In this document: one piece after another, positions 6,990 to 15,538 of the stretch
Layout: every line of letters starts with the position of its first letter
How positions within the stretch are numbered: position 1 is the first letter of the stretch
Assembly (NCBI GenBank): GCA_029856435.1
Contig: JAHQXB010000131.1
Span: 1 to 15,726 of the forward strand
Reading direction: 5' to 3'
Origin: Candidatus Jordarchaeia archaeon
Lineage (GTDB): Archaea > Asgardarchaeota > Jordiarchaeia > Jordiarchaeales > Jordiarchaeaceae
DNA length: 15,726 bases
Program-made: the position numbers and the translations under genes
Notes under the pieces: generated by a model
Told to the model about the DNA's origin: nothing
What the model saw: the letters and a program-made list of their open reading frames with translations, nothing else
Database searches by the model: none

Positions 6990-7739
6990 ATGAGCGTTGA
7001 TACCAACCTAGAAAATTGGAGAAATGTTGGAAAAACCCTAGAAGAATTACTGAGGCCCCACACCTATCCCCTAGCAGTAAAATTAGTTGAGGACAAATCA
7101 GAATTTCCAGAGGGAACAAGAAGACCCGAACAAAAAATCGCTGTATGCCAAGCATTCACAATTAGTCGCAGATACGGATGGACCATGGGAGTAACCGGCG
7201 AAGACAGCGGATGCCCAGGAGCAAGCCTAAAATTCGGTTGGAAAAAAATCGTTGACGAATCCCAAATGTTACAGTTCTATTTGGGGGCGGGATACGTGTC
7301 CAGCGAAGCCGCAGCAAAAACACTCGACAACCACCTAGAAAGTTTAGAACCCGGCAAGTACTGCGGCATAGTGATATCTCCATTGGCACGCACAAGAATT
7401 GTTCCAGATGTGATTTTGGTCTATGGAAACTCTGCACAGATTATGCGTCTCATCCAAGGAACAGTGTTCAAGGAAGGGAAAGCATTAAAAAGCGAGTTCG
7501 CAGGACTTGCAGGCTCCTGCAATGGAGGATTTCTACGGGCATTCAAAACGGGCGAATACCAGGTGGTGATTCCGGGAACCGGAGACCGAGCCTTCGCGCT
7601 CACAAGCGATGATGAAATTCTATTCGCAATCCCCGCATCAAAGGTTCAAGAAATAGTATCCGGCATGAAGGGACAACGCTTGGTAAAATATCCCATTCCC
7701 ATACCCCTAAGAATGCCACCCGCCTTTCCCGGACTCTAA
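6990..7739 (+). CDS. DUF169 family protein
   Basis: YPLAVKL...RRP...VCQAFTISRRYGWT...CPGAS...SPL...PDVILVYGNSAQIMRL...GLAGSC is the characteristic DUF169 (COG2043) pattern. Confidence 0.85.
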   Translation: MSVDTNLENWRNVGKTLEELLRPHTYPLAVKLVEDKSEFPEGTRRPEQKIAVCQAFTISRRYGWTMGVTGEDSGCPGASLKFGWKKIVDESQMLQFYLGAGYVSSEAAAKTLDNHLESLEPGKYCGIVISPLARTRIVPDVILVYGNSAQIMRLIQGTVFKEGKALKSEFAGLAGSCNGGFLRAFKTGEYQVVIPGTGDRAFALTSDDEILFAIPASKVQEIVSGMKGQRLVKYPIPIPLRMPPAFPGL

Positions 7740-7821
7740 CGAGGCTTGAAGAATACCAGTTCATTAAACTTACACTCAACAAATAGTAAAGACAAAACAT
7801 GGTTCTTTAAATTACAAAGGG

Positions 7822-8289
7822 GTGAATAAAACGAGTGTAGATACTAAATTATTGGCTCCCTGTGGTTTGTATTGTGGCGTGTGTGGCATTTACTATGCCG
7901 ATAAGCATAATATTGAGAAATTAAAGCAGAAGTTAGCTCAGAGTTATTTGACCGAACCCCAACAAATCAAGTGTGATGGATGTTTATCGGACAACAAATT
8001 TGTTTACTGCGATTCCTGCCAAATCAGGGAATGTGTCCTATCAAAAGGTCTTTCAGGATGCCACCAGTGTACCGAGTGGCCCTGCGGAAGGGTCACTGAT
8101 TTTCCATTCCCACTCGCCAAAGAATATATGCTTAAATCCATTCCCGCCAGAAGGCAGCGGACCGATAAAGAATGGGTTAAATGGGAAGAGCACAATTGGA
8201 CCTGTCCAGAATGTGGCACGCTGGCGTTCAGAGGAGCAAGAATATGTGGAAAATGCAGAAAAGAAATACCCTCAATCCTTGAAAAATAA
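7822..8289 (+). CDS. DUF3795 domain protein (Cys-rich) with C-terminal zinc-ribbon-like motif
   Basis: APCGLYCGVC, CDGC, CDSCQIREC...KG...CHQCTEWPC, then CPECG...CGKC. Confidence 0.85.
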   Translation: MNKTSVDTKLLAPCGLYCGVCGIYYADKHNIEKLKQKLAQSYLTEPQQIKCDGCLSDNKFVYCDSCQIRECVLSKGLSGCHQCTEWPCGRVTDFPFPLAKEYMLKSIPARRQRTDKEWVKWEEHNWTCPECGTLAFRGARICGKCRKEIPSILEK

Positions 8290-8290
8290 A

Positions 8291-8730
8291 ATGAATGAAT
8301 ATGAATTAAAAATACATTCAGCCGACTATGGAATACAGCCTGATAATGTTGGAAATAATTGGAAATTTGAAGAAGGAAAAATTGTGCCGTTAATAGATAG
8401 AATTTTTGCAGAGGAAAGGGAGAAAATTCTCCGTATAAACTGATGGTCCCATAATGGTAGATGGTTCTTTTACACGGGAAGGGAAGTGGGGTTTGAAGTA
8501 GCCAATAAGCTGAATATGCTGATCAACAAGTCCATTGGAAAAGCGGAAATGAAGCGTCTATCGGAAGCACTTAAAATTGACTAAGATAGAGCCACGAAAT
8601 ACTTCTTTGAAACAATCGAAACAGTATCGAACCTTTACACCAAAGACATTTTTGAAGTAGAAGGACTAACTAAAAAGAATGACACAACTTGGATTTACAG
8701 AATAAATTTATTTTTTTGTGATGTCATTTC
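8291..8730 (+). pseudogene. DUF6125-like pseudogene with two in-frame stops
   Basis: From ATG 8291: ...EEREKILRIN*(8441)WSHNGRWFFYTGREVGFEVANKLN...GKAEMKRLSEALKID*(8582)DRATKYFFET..., matching the remembered NW-x-[AS]HDGxWF...G.E.A...N family motif. The 3' end is approximate. Confidence 0.65.
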
Positions 8731-8818
8731 TAAATCGAAATTATTCTATCTTTTCAATTTTTTCAATATTAATTTTGGTATTTTATAACTTTATAGCGTT
8801 TATGCATATTTCCTATCA

Positions 8819-8869
8819 ATATTGACACTTTCCGCGAATAAAAGTCGGGGGCTCTCTCGTCAACAGCTT
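8819..8869 (+). mobile_element. Solo IS200/IS605-type end hairpin, copy 2 (more decayed)
   Basis: ATATTGACACTTTCCGCGAATAAAAGTCGGGGGCTCTCTCGTCAACAGCTT, 45/51 identical to 1531-1581; three of the changes weaken the stem. Confidence 0.6.
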
Positions 8870-8939
8870 GTATTATTTCAGTAATAAATAAAAGAATGTG
8901 CTTTCTAAATTTATTTAATGTGAATAGGGTGGTAATTTA

Positions 8940-9635
8940 GTGTCTGAAGGCAAAAAAGAGATTATTGTAGAAGGGGAGCCTGATAGAAAAAGTTATGTAC
9001 TTTTCATAAAGGGTGCGATAGAAGAGACAGGAAAATTATATGGTCCCATTTTCAAAAGGTTGGCGTCAAGATACGCGCTAGAGTTTGAAGCAAAGAAGTT
9101 GAATGAAGAACCACCCGAAAACATTCAAGGGCTAGAAGATGTAACAAACTATATTCTACAAAATCTGGACAGGTACCCCCAAGGATACTGCGCCCTAATC
9201 TACGGCATAGCTAAGGCAGAAAGTAAACTTCAGGGATCCACAGGAGCAGGGTCAAGAAGAGCCGCCTTCCACGCCATTAAATCCATACTCCAAAGCAGCG
9301 GCTTAATGAATGGTTTAATTGGGTCCACTCAAGATCCATTCGAAGCCGTAGACAAGTTTGAGAACATATCCAAAGCAATCAAAACAGCCTATCCAGAACG
9401 CTTCGTCAAGGAAGAAAATAATCAAATAGTCATGATACTGGATAAGAGGTGTCCCTTCAGAGATGCCTGTACAGCATTCGCAGGGGAAAAAATATCACGG
9501 GTAGTCGGAGGTGAGGAATGCGTGTCTCTAATAACTCACGTCGCCGTTTCAGAAATTATCACAAAGAAAAAATTCGACTACAAGCTAGAAAAATTTGACG
9601 CCCTTGAATGCAGAGGAATAATATTCAGCACCTGA
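8940..9635 (+). CDS. Hypothetical protein with possible C-terminal V4R/MetOD1-like ligand-binding domain
   Basis: 231-aa ORF, GTG start with GGTGG RBS. C-terminal CPFRDAC...EECVSLITH...DYKLEKF...EC resembles V4R-type Cys spacing; the domain call is tentative. Confidence 0.75.
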   Translation: MSEGKKEIIVEGEPDRKSYVLFIKGAIEETGKLYGPIFKRLASRYALEFEAKKLNEEPPENIQGLEDVTNYILQNLDRYPQGYCALIYGIAKAESKLQGSTGAGSRRAAFHAIKSILQSSGLMNGLIGSTQDPFEAVDKFENISKAIKTAYPERFVKEENNQIVMILDKRCPFRDACTAFAGEKISRVVGGEECVSLITHVAVSEIITKKKFDYKLEKFDALECRGIIFST

Positions 9636-9729
9636 AAATCACTCTAAAAACCATATCGAGTCAATATTTATTATATGCGAGCTAAAGAAGGGTTATAGGA
9701 ATTAAATAAAGGATAACTTTTGCAATAAC

Positions 9730-9888
9730 TTATATATTCTTAAAGCGTTTTTTGGAGATTTTTCTTGCAATGTCTCCTTTTCTGACTAAATCCGCACCCT
9801 CCCACACGGACATACCTGCTATTTTTCAGCCGACCTTAATAAAAGACACCCTTCATTCACTTAACTGTTTAAGTGCCCCCTTCTCTCC
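9730..9888 (-). pseudogene. UPF0175-family antitoxin remnant
   Basis: GEKGALKQLSE*RVSFIKVG*KIAGMSVWEGADLVRKGDI resembles AL.LY.EG.VS..KAAEIAGMS.WEF.DL; in-frame stops and no start. Confidence 0.5.
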
Positions 9889-10095
9889 ATATTAACTCCA
9901 AAAAAGTTACTTAATTCTAGCTTCTGGAAAATACCCATCTTTAAATAATATGCCGTTTCCTCGAGAGATTCTGGAAAAAAATGGTGTTTAAGTTGCGTTG
10001 TTTCGCTGAGTACTTATTATTTACCGAGCAAACATAAAATGTTTTTGTATTACTTTTCGAAGAATTTTTTCATGTATTAATAGTTGATTTTCGTC

Positions 10096-11277
10096 CTATA
10101 TAGATGATAACGCTTGATCTAGATCTTGGATTATGTCTTCTGCGCTCTCTATTCCTACTGATAGTCTTATCATTCCCATGGTTATTCCGGCTTTTGCCAG
10201 TTCTTCTGGGGGGTGTCCTATGTGTGAGGTTAATACGGGCATGCAGGCTAGTGACTGTACACCTCCAAGGCTTACTGCTCTTAGGATGAGCTGGAATCTG
10301 TCTATAACGTTTATTGCTGCCTCCATTCCTCCCTTTACGTCAAATGTTACCATTCCCCCGAATCCACTCATCTGCCGCTTCGCCAACTTGTGTTGGGGGT
10401 GGCTTTCCAGCCCCGGATAATATACCCGGTTAATTTTTTTATGGTTTTCTAGGAATCTTGCCACTTCAAGCGCATTTTTGTTGTGTCTCTCCATCCTTAC
10501 ATCCAGTGTCTTTAAGCCTCTTATCAGAAGATAGGCGGCAAAGGGGTCGATGCAGCTCCCCATGTGAACCATCACCGCCCTAGCCAAGGCACAGAATAAT
10601 CTTTTGCCGATTATTACCCCTGCAGTTACGTCGTCGTGGCCCGCTAAATATTTTGTTGCGCTATGTATTACTACATCCACACCCATTTCTAGGGGATGCT
10701 GGTTGTAGGGGGTGGCGAAGGTGTTATCAATCACCGAAGTTAAATTGTTTTCCTTAGCAATTCTCACCGCTTCTGCTATGTCCACGAGGCTGAGGGTTGG
10801 GTTGGTGGGAGTTTCAAAGTAGATTACTTTTGTTTTTTCATTAACCAGTTTTTCAGCTTGAGTCACATTCTCGCTGTCCACAAAGTGTACCTTGATTCCC
10901 ATTCTGGGCAAAAGGCTTTGGAAAAGGTGGAGTGTGCCGCCATAAAGTGTGCGGGTAGCTATTACTTCTTCGCCGGCTTGAACCAAGCTCAGAATTGTGG
11001 TGCTCACTGCGGCCATGCCTGAGGAGACCAGTAGAGCATCCTCGCCTCCTTCGATAGCTGCCAGTTTTCTCTCAGCTACGGTCTGAGTCGGATTGCCCCA
11101 TCTGGTGTAGGTGTAACCTTCTTTTAATCCCTCTTCCACTGAGCGAACCTCATCCATGTTTTCAAAATGAAAAGTTGAAGTTTGGTGAATGGGTGTGGCA
11201 ACAGAGCCAGTAACCGGGTCTGGCGTTTCACCGCCTCTTACACAACGGGTTGAGAAACCATACCTTCTTTGACTCAA
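10096..11277 (-). CDS. PLP-dependent Cys/Met metabolism (transsulfuration) enzyme: cystathionine gamma-synthase/lyase or methionine gamma-lyase
   Basis: YTRWGNPT, SSGMAAV, LYGGT, ETPTNP, DNTFATP, HSATKYLAGH (PLP lysine), IRLSVGIE. Start moved from 11346 to TTG 11277 (AGGAGG 9 nt upstream), giving 393 aa. YGGT rather than the YGCT of classical MGL leaves the subtype open. Confidence 0.93.
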   Translation of the reverse strand: MSQRRYGFSTRCVRGGETPDPVTGSVATPIHQTSTFHFENMDEVRSVEEGLKEGYTYTRWGNPTQTVAERKLAAIEGGEDALLVSSGMAAVSTTILSLVQAGEEVIATRTLYGGTLHLFQSLLPRMGIKVHFVDSENVTQAEKLVNEKTKVIYFETPTNPTLSLVDIAEAVRIAKENNLTSVIDNTFATPYNQHPLEMGVDVVIHSATKYLAGHDDVTAGVIIGKRLFCALARAVMVHMGSCIDPFAAYLLIRGLKTLDVRMERHNKNALEVARFLENHKKINRVYYPGLESHPQHKLAKRQMSGFGGMVTFDVKGGMEAAINVIDRFQLILRAVSLGGVQSLACMPVLTSHIGHPPEELAKAGITMGMIRLSVGIESAEDIIQDLDQALSSI

Positions 11278-11437
11278 AAATACAGTCCTCCTTCTTACAG
11301 TTATTGCTAAGATTTTAACCTCAAACCTACTTAAAAACTTCTGCAAACCTTGCGGCGACTAAAAAAGGAGGGATTCGATGAATCTTTCTATAAAAAATTT
11401 CTTTAGAGAGACTTGGTTTGTTGGGAATAATCTGTTT

Positions 11438-13087
11438 TTATATTTTGTGGGTTAGCATTCTTTTCAGTATTTTTCCGGATCCGCTTCTTGGCAGCTGGTT
11501 TACGAACTCTATTTCTTTGGGGCACTTGTAGTCTGCCATTTTTCTTTTAGCCCACTCTTTGAGCTTTTCCTCGGTAACCCTGTCCTTGTAGTCTGGTCTG
11601 AGCACCACGTATGCTTTGACTTTTTCTCCCAGCTGAGGATCTGGGACTCCCACTATGGCCGCCTGGTACACCGCGGGGTGTTTCTTTAATAATTGTTCAA
11701 CTTCAGCGGCCCAAACCTTATAGCCGGAAACTATGAGCATCTCTTTTTTGCGTCCCACAATGTATATGTAGCCATCCTCATCCATTCTGGCAATGTCTCC
11801 AGTGTAAATCCACCCATCCCTAATTGTAGCTTTGGTTAACTCGGGCTGGTTCCAGTAGCCCTTCATCACTTGGGGCCCCTTAAAAATGATTTCTCCCTCC
11901 TCGCCCAGTGCCAACTCCTTGGTGCCAGTCTCTATATCCACTATTTTTGCGTCTACATCGAACACTGGGATTCCCACGGAGCCACGCTTGGGCCTGTCGA
12001 GGGGGTTAATGGTAACCTGGGAGATTGTTTCGCTGAGACCATATCCCTCAAGTAACTCGCAGCCTGTCACTTCTTTGAACTTTTCAAAAACACTCAGTGG
12101 AACAGGTGCCCCTCCAGAAACGCAGAGTCTAAGGGAGCTCAAGTCATAACTTTTAGTGTAGGGATACGTGGCAATGGCTTGGTCTATGGGTGCAATACTA
12201 ACCATAATAGTGCACTTGTACATTTCTACGCCTTTCAGTATTGCTTCCAAGTCGAAACGCGAGAGTAGAACAATAGTGTTTCCCATGTAGATTGAGCAGT
12301 TCATAGTTTGCTGCATTCCCAAAACGTGGAACAGGGGCAAAACAGAAAGCACTATATCGTCTTCTACGACTTTTGCCCACTTCACTCCTCCCACGATGTT
12401 TACGACAGTATTGTAGTGGGTTAACATGGCTGCCTTTGGCTCACCAGTAGTTCCAGAGGAGTATTGCAGGAGGGCTAAATCTTCCTTCGGATTAATATTG
12501 ACCTTGGGTGGCTTCGCCTCATACTTTTTGAGGAGCTCGGTAAACTCCGTGGTTTCTGGGAATGTTTCCTTCTCATACTCCATGGATATGTGGATGGGGA
12601 GTGTGGGTTTTTCTGGCAAAAAGTCTCTGTAACTTGTCACAATAATGTTTCTCAGTTTCGTATTTCTTCTCACATTCTTAATTGTGGGATAGAGAAAGTC
12701 CAGGGTGACCAGCGTTTCAGTTCCTGAGTCGTTGAGTTGACTCTCCACTTCCATCTCTTTAAACATAGGGTTTATGGGAACCAGAATGGCTCCCGCCTTT
12801 AGTGCACCATAATAGGCGATGATAAACTGGGGACAATTCTCCAGGAAAAGGCCTACCCTGTCGCCCTTTTTGACACCCATACTGGCAAGCGCGTTGGCGA
12901 AACGGTCACTCCACTCATTCAATTCACCATAGGTGATTTCGTATCCATAAAAAATTACTGCCTTCTTTTTTGGCACCCTTCTGGCGGTGTTATCCAAGAA
13001 AGTGAATATGGGGACTTCAGGATAGTCCAACGACCTGGGCAAATCCTTAGGCCAAGATTTAAACCACGGTCTCTCCATTACAAACAT
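11438..13087 (-). CDS. fadD: Long-chain-fatty-acid--CoA ligase (ANL superfamily), paralog 2
   Basis: YSSGTTGEPK P-loop, EGYGLSET, GWIYTGD, GRKKEMLIVSGYKV, LPRSGSGKILKR. Alternative start ATG 13078. Confidence 0.93.
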   Translation of the reverse strand: MFVMERPWFKSWPKDLPRSLDYPEVPIFTFLDNTARRVPKKKAVIFYGYEITYGELNEWSDRFANALASMGVKKGDRVGLFLENCPQFIIAYYGALKAGAILVPINPMFKEMEVESQLNDSGTETLVTLDFLYPTIKNVRRNTKLRNIIVTSYRDFLPEKPTLPIHISMEYEKETFPETTEFTELLKKYEAKPPKVNINPKEDLALLQYSSGTTGEPKAAMLTHYNTVVNIVGGVKWAKVVEDDIVLSVLPLFHVLGMQQTMNCSIYMGNTIVLLSRFDLEAILKGVEMYKCTIMVSIAPIDQAIATYPYTKSYDLSSLRLCVSGGAPVPLSVFEKFKEVTGCELLEGYGLSETISQVTINPLDRPKRGSVGIPVFDVDAKIVDIETGTKELALGEEGEIIFKGPQVMKGYWNQPELTKATIRDGWIYTGDIARMDEDGYIYIVGRKKEMLIVSGYKVWAAEVEQLLKKHPAVYQAAIVGVPDPQLGEKVKAYVVLRPDYKDRVTEEKLKEWAKRKMADYKCPKEIEFVNQLPRSGSGKILKRMLTHKI

Positions 13088-13131
13088 CTTCTCGGCAAAG
13101 ATTATCTGAACTCAAATTAAACTACACTAGG

Positions 13132-13147
13132 TATTTAACGTTTTTTC
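13132..13147 (-). promoter_or_regulatory. Putative BRE/TATA of ligase paralog 2
   Basis: Minus strand GAAAAAACG-TTAAATAC about 45 nt upstream of the start. Confidence 0.5.
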
Positions 13148-13362
13148 ATACGAGTATCGGCCCGCCAAAGAAAACTACCAAGAAGTCTCCCCTCAAACTG
13201 AAAAACTAGGGTTCCCCGATGGAAACTAATACTCTCAGGTGAATTGAGAGTGTTCTCAACCTATTCTCTAATAATTGATTGTCCTGCGAGTACCTGAGTT
13301 AAAATGGCCTTTCATAATATATTTAAAACGCTGTACCAATAGCTTGACTATTTATACGTGAT

Positions 13363-13468
13363 AAAAAAAGGAAAGCCGTTTCAAGCGATACGATAACTCC
13401 AAAGGGAGCTGCGTCTGGCAACCTATTGGAGTCCTGCCGATTAAGCGGAACTATATCGCGAAACGGCT
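13363..13468 (-). ncRNA. Candidate structured RNA / 3'-UTR element followed by U7 tract
   Basis: 15-bp outer stem with a 2-nt bulge (13468-13454 pairs with 13390-13374) enclosing 63 nt with two further hairpins; G-U pairs favour the minus strand; followed by TTCCTTTTTTT. Confidence 0.4.
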
Positions 13469-13491
13469 GTTTGAATAAAACCTTTTTGAAA

Positions 13492-15162
13492 TCAATTACT
13501 TTTTGATTTTTTCATTTTCTCCAAGTGTTCCTCTAATAGAACCCTCCTTAGAACTTTGCCCGCGCCGCTCTTTGGCAGCGAGTCTTTGAATTCCACGATT
13601 CTCGGATACTTATAGGCCGCCATTTTCTCCTTAGACCACCTAATTATGTCCTCCTCAGTCACTTTACCCCTGTACTCAGGTTTAAGCACAATGACCGCCT
13701 TAACAGTTTCGCCCCTGTACTCATCAGGCACCCCCACGACGCCTACCTCTTGCACCGCCTCGTGCTTGTATAGGAAATCTTCAACCTCAAAGGGCCACAC
13801 CTTGTATCCTGAAACATTTATCATCTCCTTCTTGCGTCCCACTATCCAGATGTATCCGTCCTTATCCATTTTTCCAATGTCACCCGTGTAGAGCCACCCA
13901 TCTCTAAGTGTTTCCTTTGTTTTTTCCGGATTTTTCCAGTAGCCCCTCATAATCTGTGGTCCCTTAAATATGAGCTCTCCCTCCTGATCGAATCCCAACT
14001 CCTTGGTACCCGTTTCACTGTCAACGACTTTAGCGTCAACATCAAATACTGGAATGCCAGCAGAACCATACTTGGGCTTATCAACAGGATTAATAGTAAC
14101 CTGAGAAATAGACTCGGACAAACCATAGCCCTCAATCATGTCACTACCAGTAACTTCCTTGTATTTCTTTATAACCTCCTGGCCCAGAGGAGCACCGCCC
14201 GCAAAGCTGCATCGCAGAGAGGTCATATCATACTTTTTGGGATCAGCAAACATGGCAATGGCGACGGCAATGGTGGTTATGCCCACCCAAAGCGTACACC
14301 TGTACTTGCTTATGGCTTCAAGAAACGCCGCCAAGTCGAAACGAGCCAACACTACGCTGGTTGCCCCTACCAATATGGGGTTGCACATACTGTGGACCAT
14401 GCCCGTTGCGTGGAAGAATGGAAGCACCCCCACGCTGACATCCTTATCAGTCGTTCCCACCCACTTGGAGCCTCCGTAAACATTTGTCATAATGTTGCTG
14501 TGCGTGATCATTGCCCCCTTGGGCATACCTGTAGTTCCAGCGGTGTACTGCAATAGTGCCAAGTCTTCTTTGGGATTGAATTCTATTTTCGGTGGGTTCG
14601 GCTTAGTTTCTTCAAGTTTCTCTAGGAAGTCGATAGTTTTGGGATAGGTTTTCTTTTCCACTTTTAGGGCATCCATTATGGGTAGTGTGGGTTCTTCTGG
14701 GAAATATTCTCCTATGTTGGTTAGAAACACATTTTTGAGGCCAACCTTATCTCTCACCTTTTCAACATAGGGGTACAAGTGATCTAGTGCAACTATGGTT
14801 TCTGAACCAGAGTCACTGAGTTGGTATTCCAGCTCCATTTCTTTAAACATGGGATTTGCTGGTACTACGATAGCTCCGGCTTTAAGCGCTCCATAATAGG
14901 CCATTACAAATTGGGGTGAGTTTTCCAGATACAGGCAGACCCGGTCACCCTTTTTCACATCCATCTCTGCCAGAACCGTCGCGAACCTATCCGCGTTTTC
15001 CTTAACCTCTTTGAAGGTTATCTCGGTGCCATAATATATCAAAGATGTTTTGTTAGGAAGTCTCTTTGCAGTATCATCCAAAGTCTGGTGAAGGGGTATA
15101 TTTGGATAATCTAGTGTTTTGGGAAGACCCTTCGGCCAAGAATTGTACCACGGTTTCTCCAT
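13492..15162 (-). CDS. fadD: Long-chain-fatty-acid--CoA ligase (ANL superfamily), paralog 1
   Basis: YTAGTTGMPK P-loop, EGYGLSES, GWLYTGD, GRKKEMINVSGYKV, LPKSGAGKVLRR. Start moved from TTG 15177 to ATG 15162 (GGAGG at 15174-15170). Confidence 0.93.
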   Translation of the reverse strand: MEKPWYNSWPKGLPKTLDYPNIPLHQTLDDTAKRLPNKTSLIYYGTEITFKEVKENADRFATVLAEMDVKKGDRVCLYLENSPQFVMAYYGALKAGAIVVPANPMFKEMELEYQLSDSGSETIVALDHLYPYVEKVRDKVGLKNVFLTNIGEYFPEEPTLPIMDALKVEKKTYPKTIDFLEKLEETKPNPPKIEFNPKEDLALLQYTAGTTGMPKGAMITHSNIMTNVYGGSKWVGTTDKDVSVGVLPFFHATGMVHSMCNPILVGATSVVLARFDLAAFLEAISKYRCTLWVGITTIAVAIAMFADPKKYDMTSLRCSFAGGAPLGQEVIKKYKEVTGSDMIEGYGLSESISQVTINPVDKPKYGSAGIPVFDVDAKVVDSETGTKELGFDQEGELIFKGPQIMRGYWKNPEKTKETLRDGWLYTGDIGKMDKDGYIWIVGRKKEMINVSGYKVWPFEVEDFLYKHEAVQEVGVVGVPDEYRGETVKAVIVLKPEYRGKVTEEDIIRWSKEKMAAYKYPRIVEFKDSLPKSGAGKVLRRVLLEEHLEKMKKSKSN

Positions 15163-15204
15163 CTTCTCTCCTCCCAATTTTTGGAGATGAATTAGTAAAA
15201 CACT

Positions 15205-15212
15205 TATATAAA
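15205..15212 (-). promoter_or_regulatory. TATA box of ligase paralog 1
   Basis: TTTATATA 43 nt upstream of ATG 15162, abutted by the palindrome GGTATACC (15213-15220). Confidence 0.55.
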
Positions 15213-15538
15213 GGTATACCCTGCCAAACTTGGAACATGAAAATCGCAGCTGAAAAAGCGCCTAGTTGCACATTCATCCCCAAAAATCGAGTAAACGAAA
15301 CAATGTAGTTTTGTTTAATTAGCTTTTAGAATGAATGTTTGTAGAACCTTTTCAATTTGGTGTTCGGACAAAATTATTAGTGGAGCTTCTAGAGCTTTTT
15401 CGTCGCTGGGGCTTAGGACGACTTCTCCTGTGTGTATCTATGAATTATGCTCTTCATGGAAGCTTGTCATTTTCCGCATTCGTCTTCGTTACGACGAGCG
15501 GGCCTCTTAAATAAGCCTATATGGAAGGTGGCGTCCTG

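Noticed and set aside
8441-8443. In-frame TGA as selenocysteine or Trp recoding
   Set aside because: The position aligns to Trp rather than Cys, a second in-frame TAA follows at 8582, and other genes here use TGA as a normal stop.
13374-13468. Group II intron domain V, SECIS or tRNA interpretation of the hairpin
   Set aside because: There is no GNRA loop, domain VI, GUGYG 5' end or RT ORF. The upstream gene has no internal UGA needing Sec. No T-loop or anticodon geometry or CCA end is present. Kept only as an unassigned structure.
2471-14479. Many antisense or alternate-frame ORFs in the track (e.g. 2471-2797, 4823-5311, 7973-8443 N-terminal part, 14138-14479)
   Set aside because: They are shadows of well-supported genes, with no RBS or recognisable motifs.
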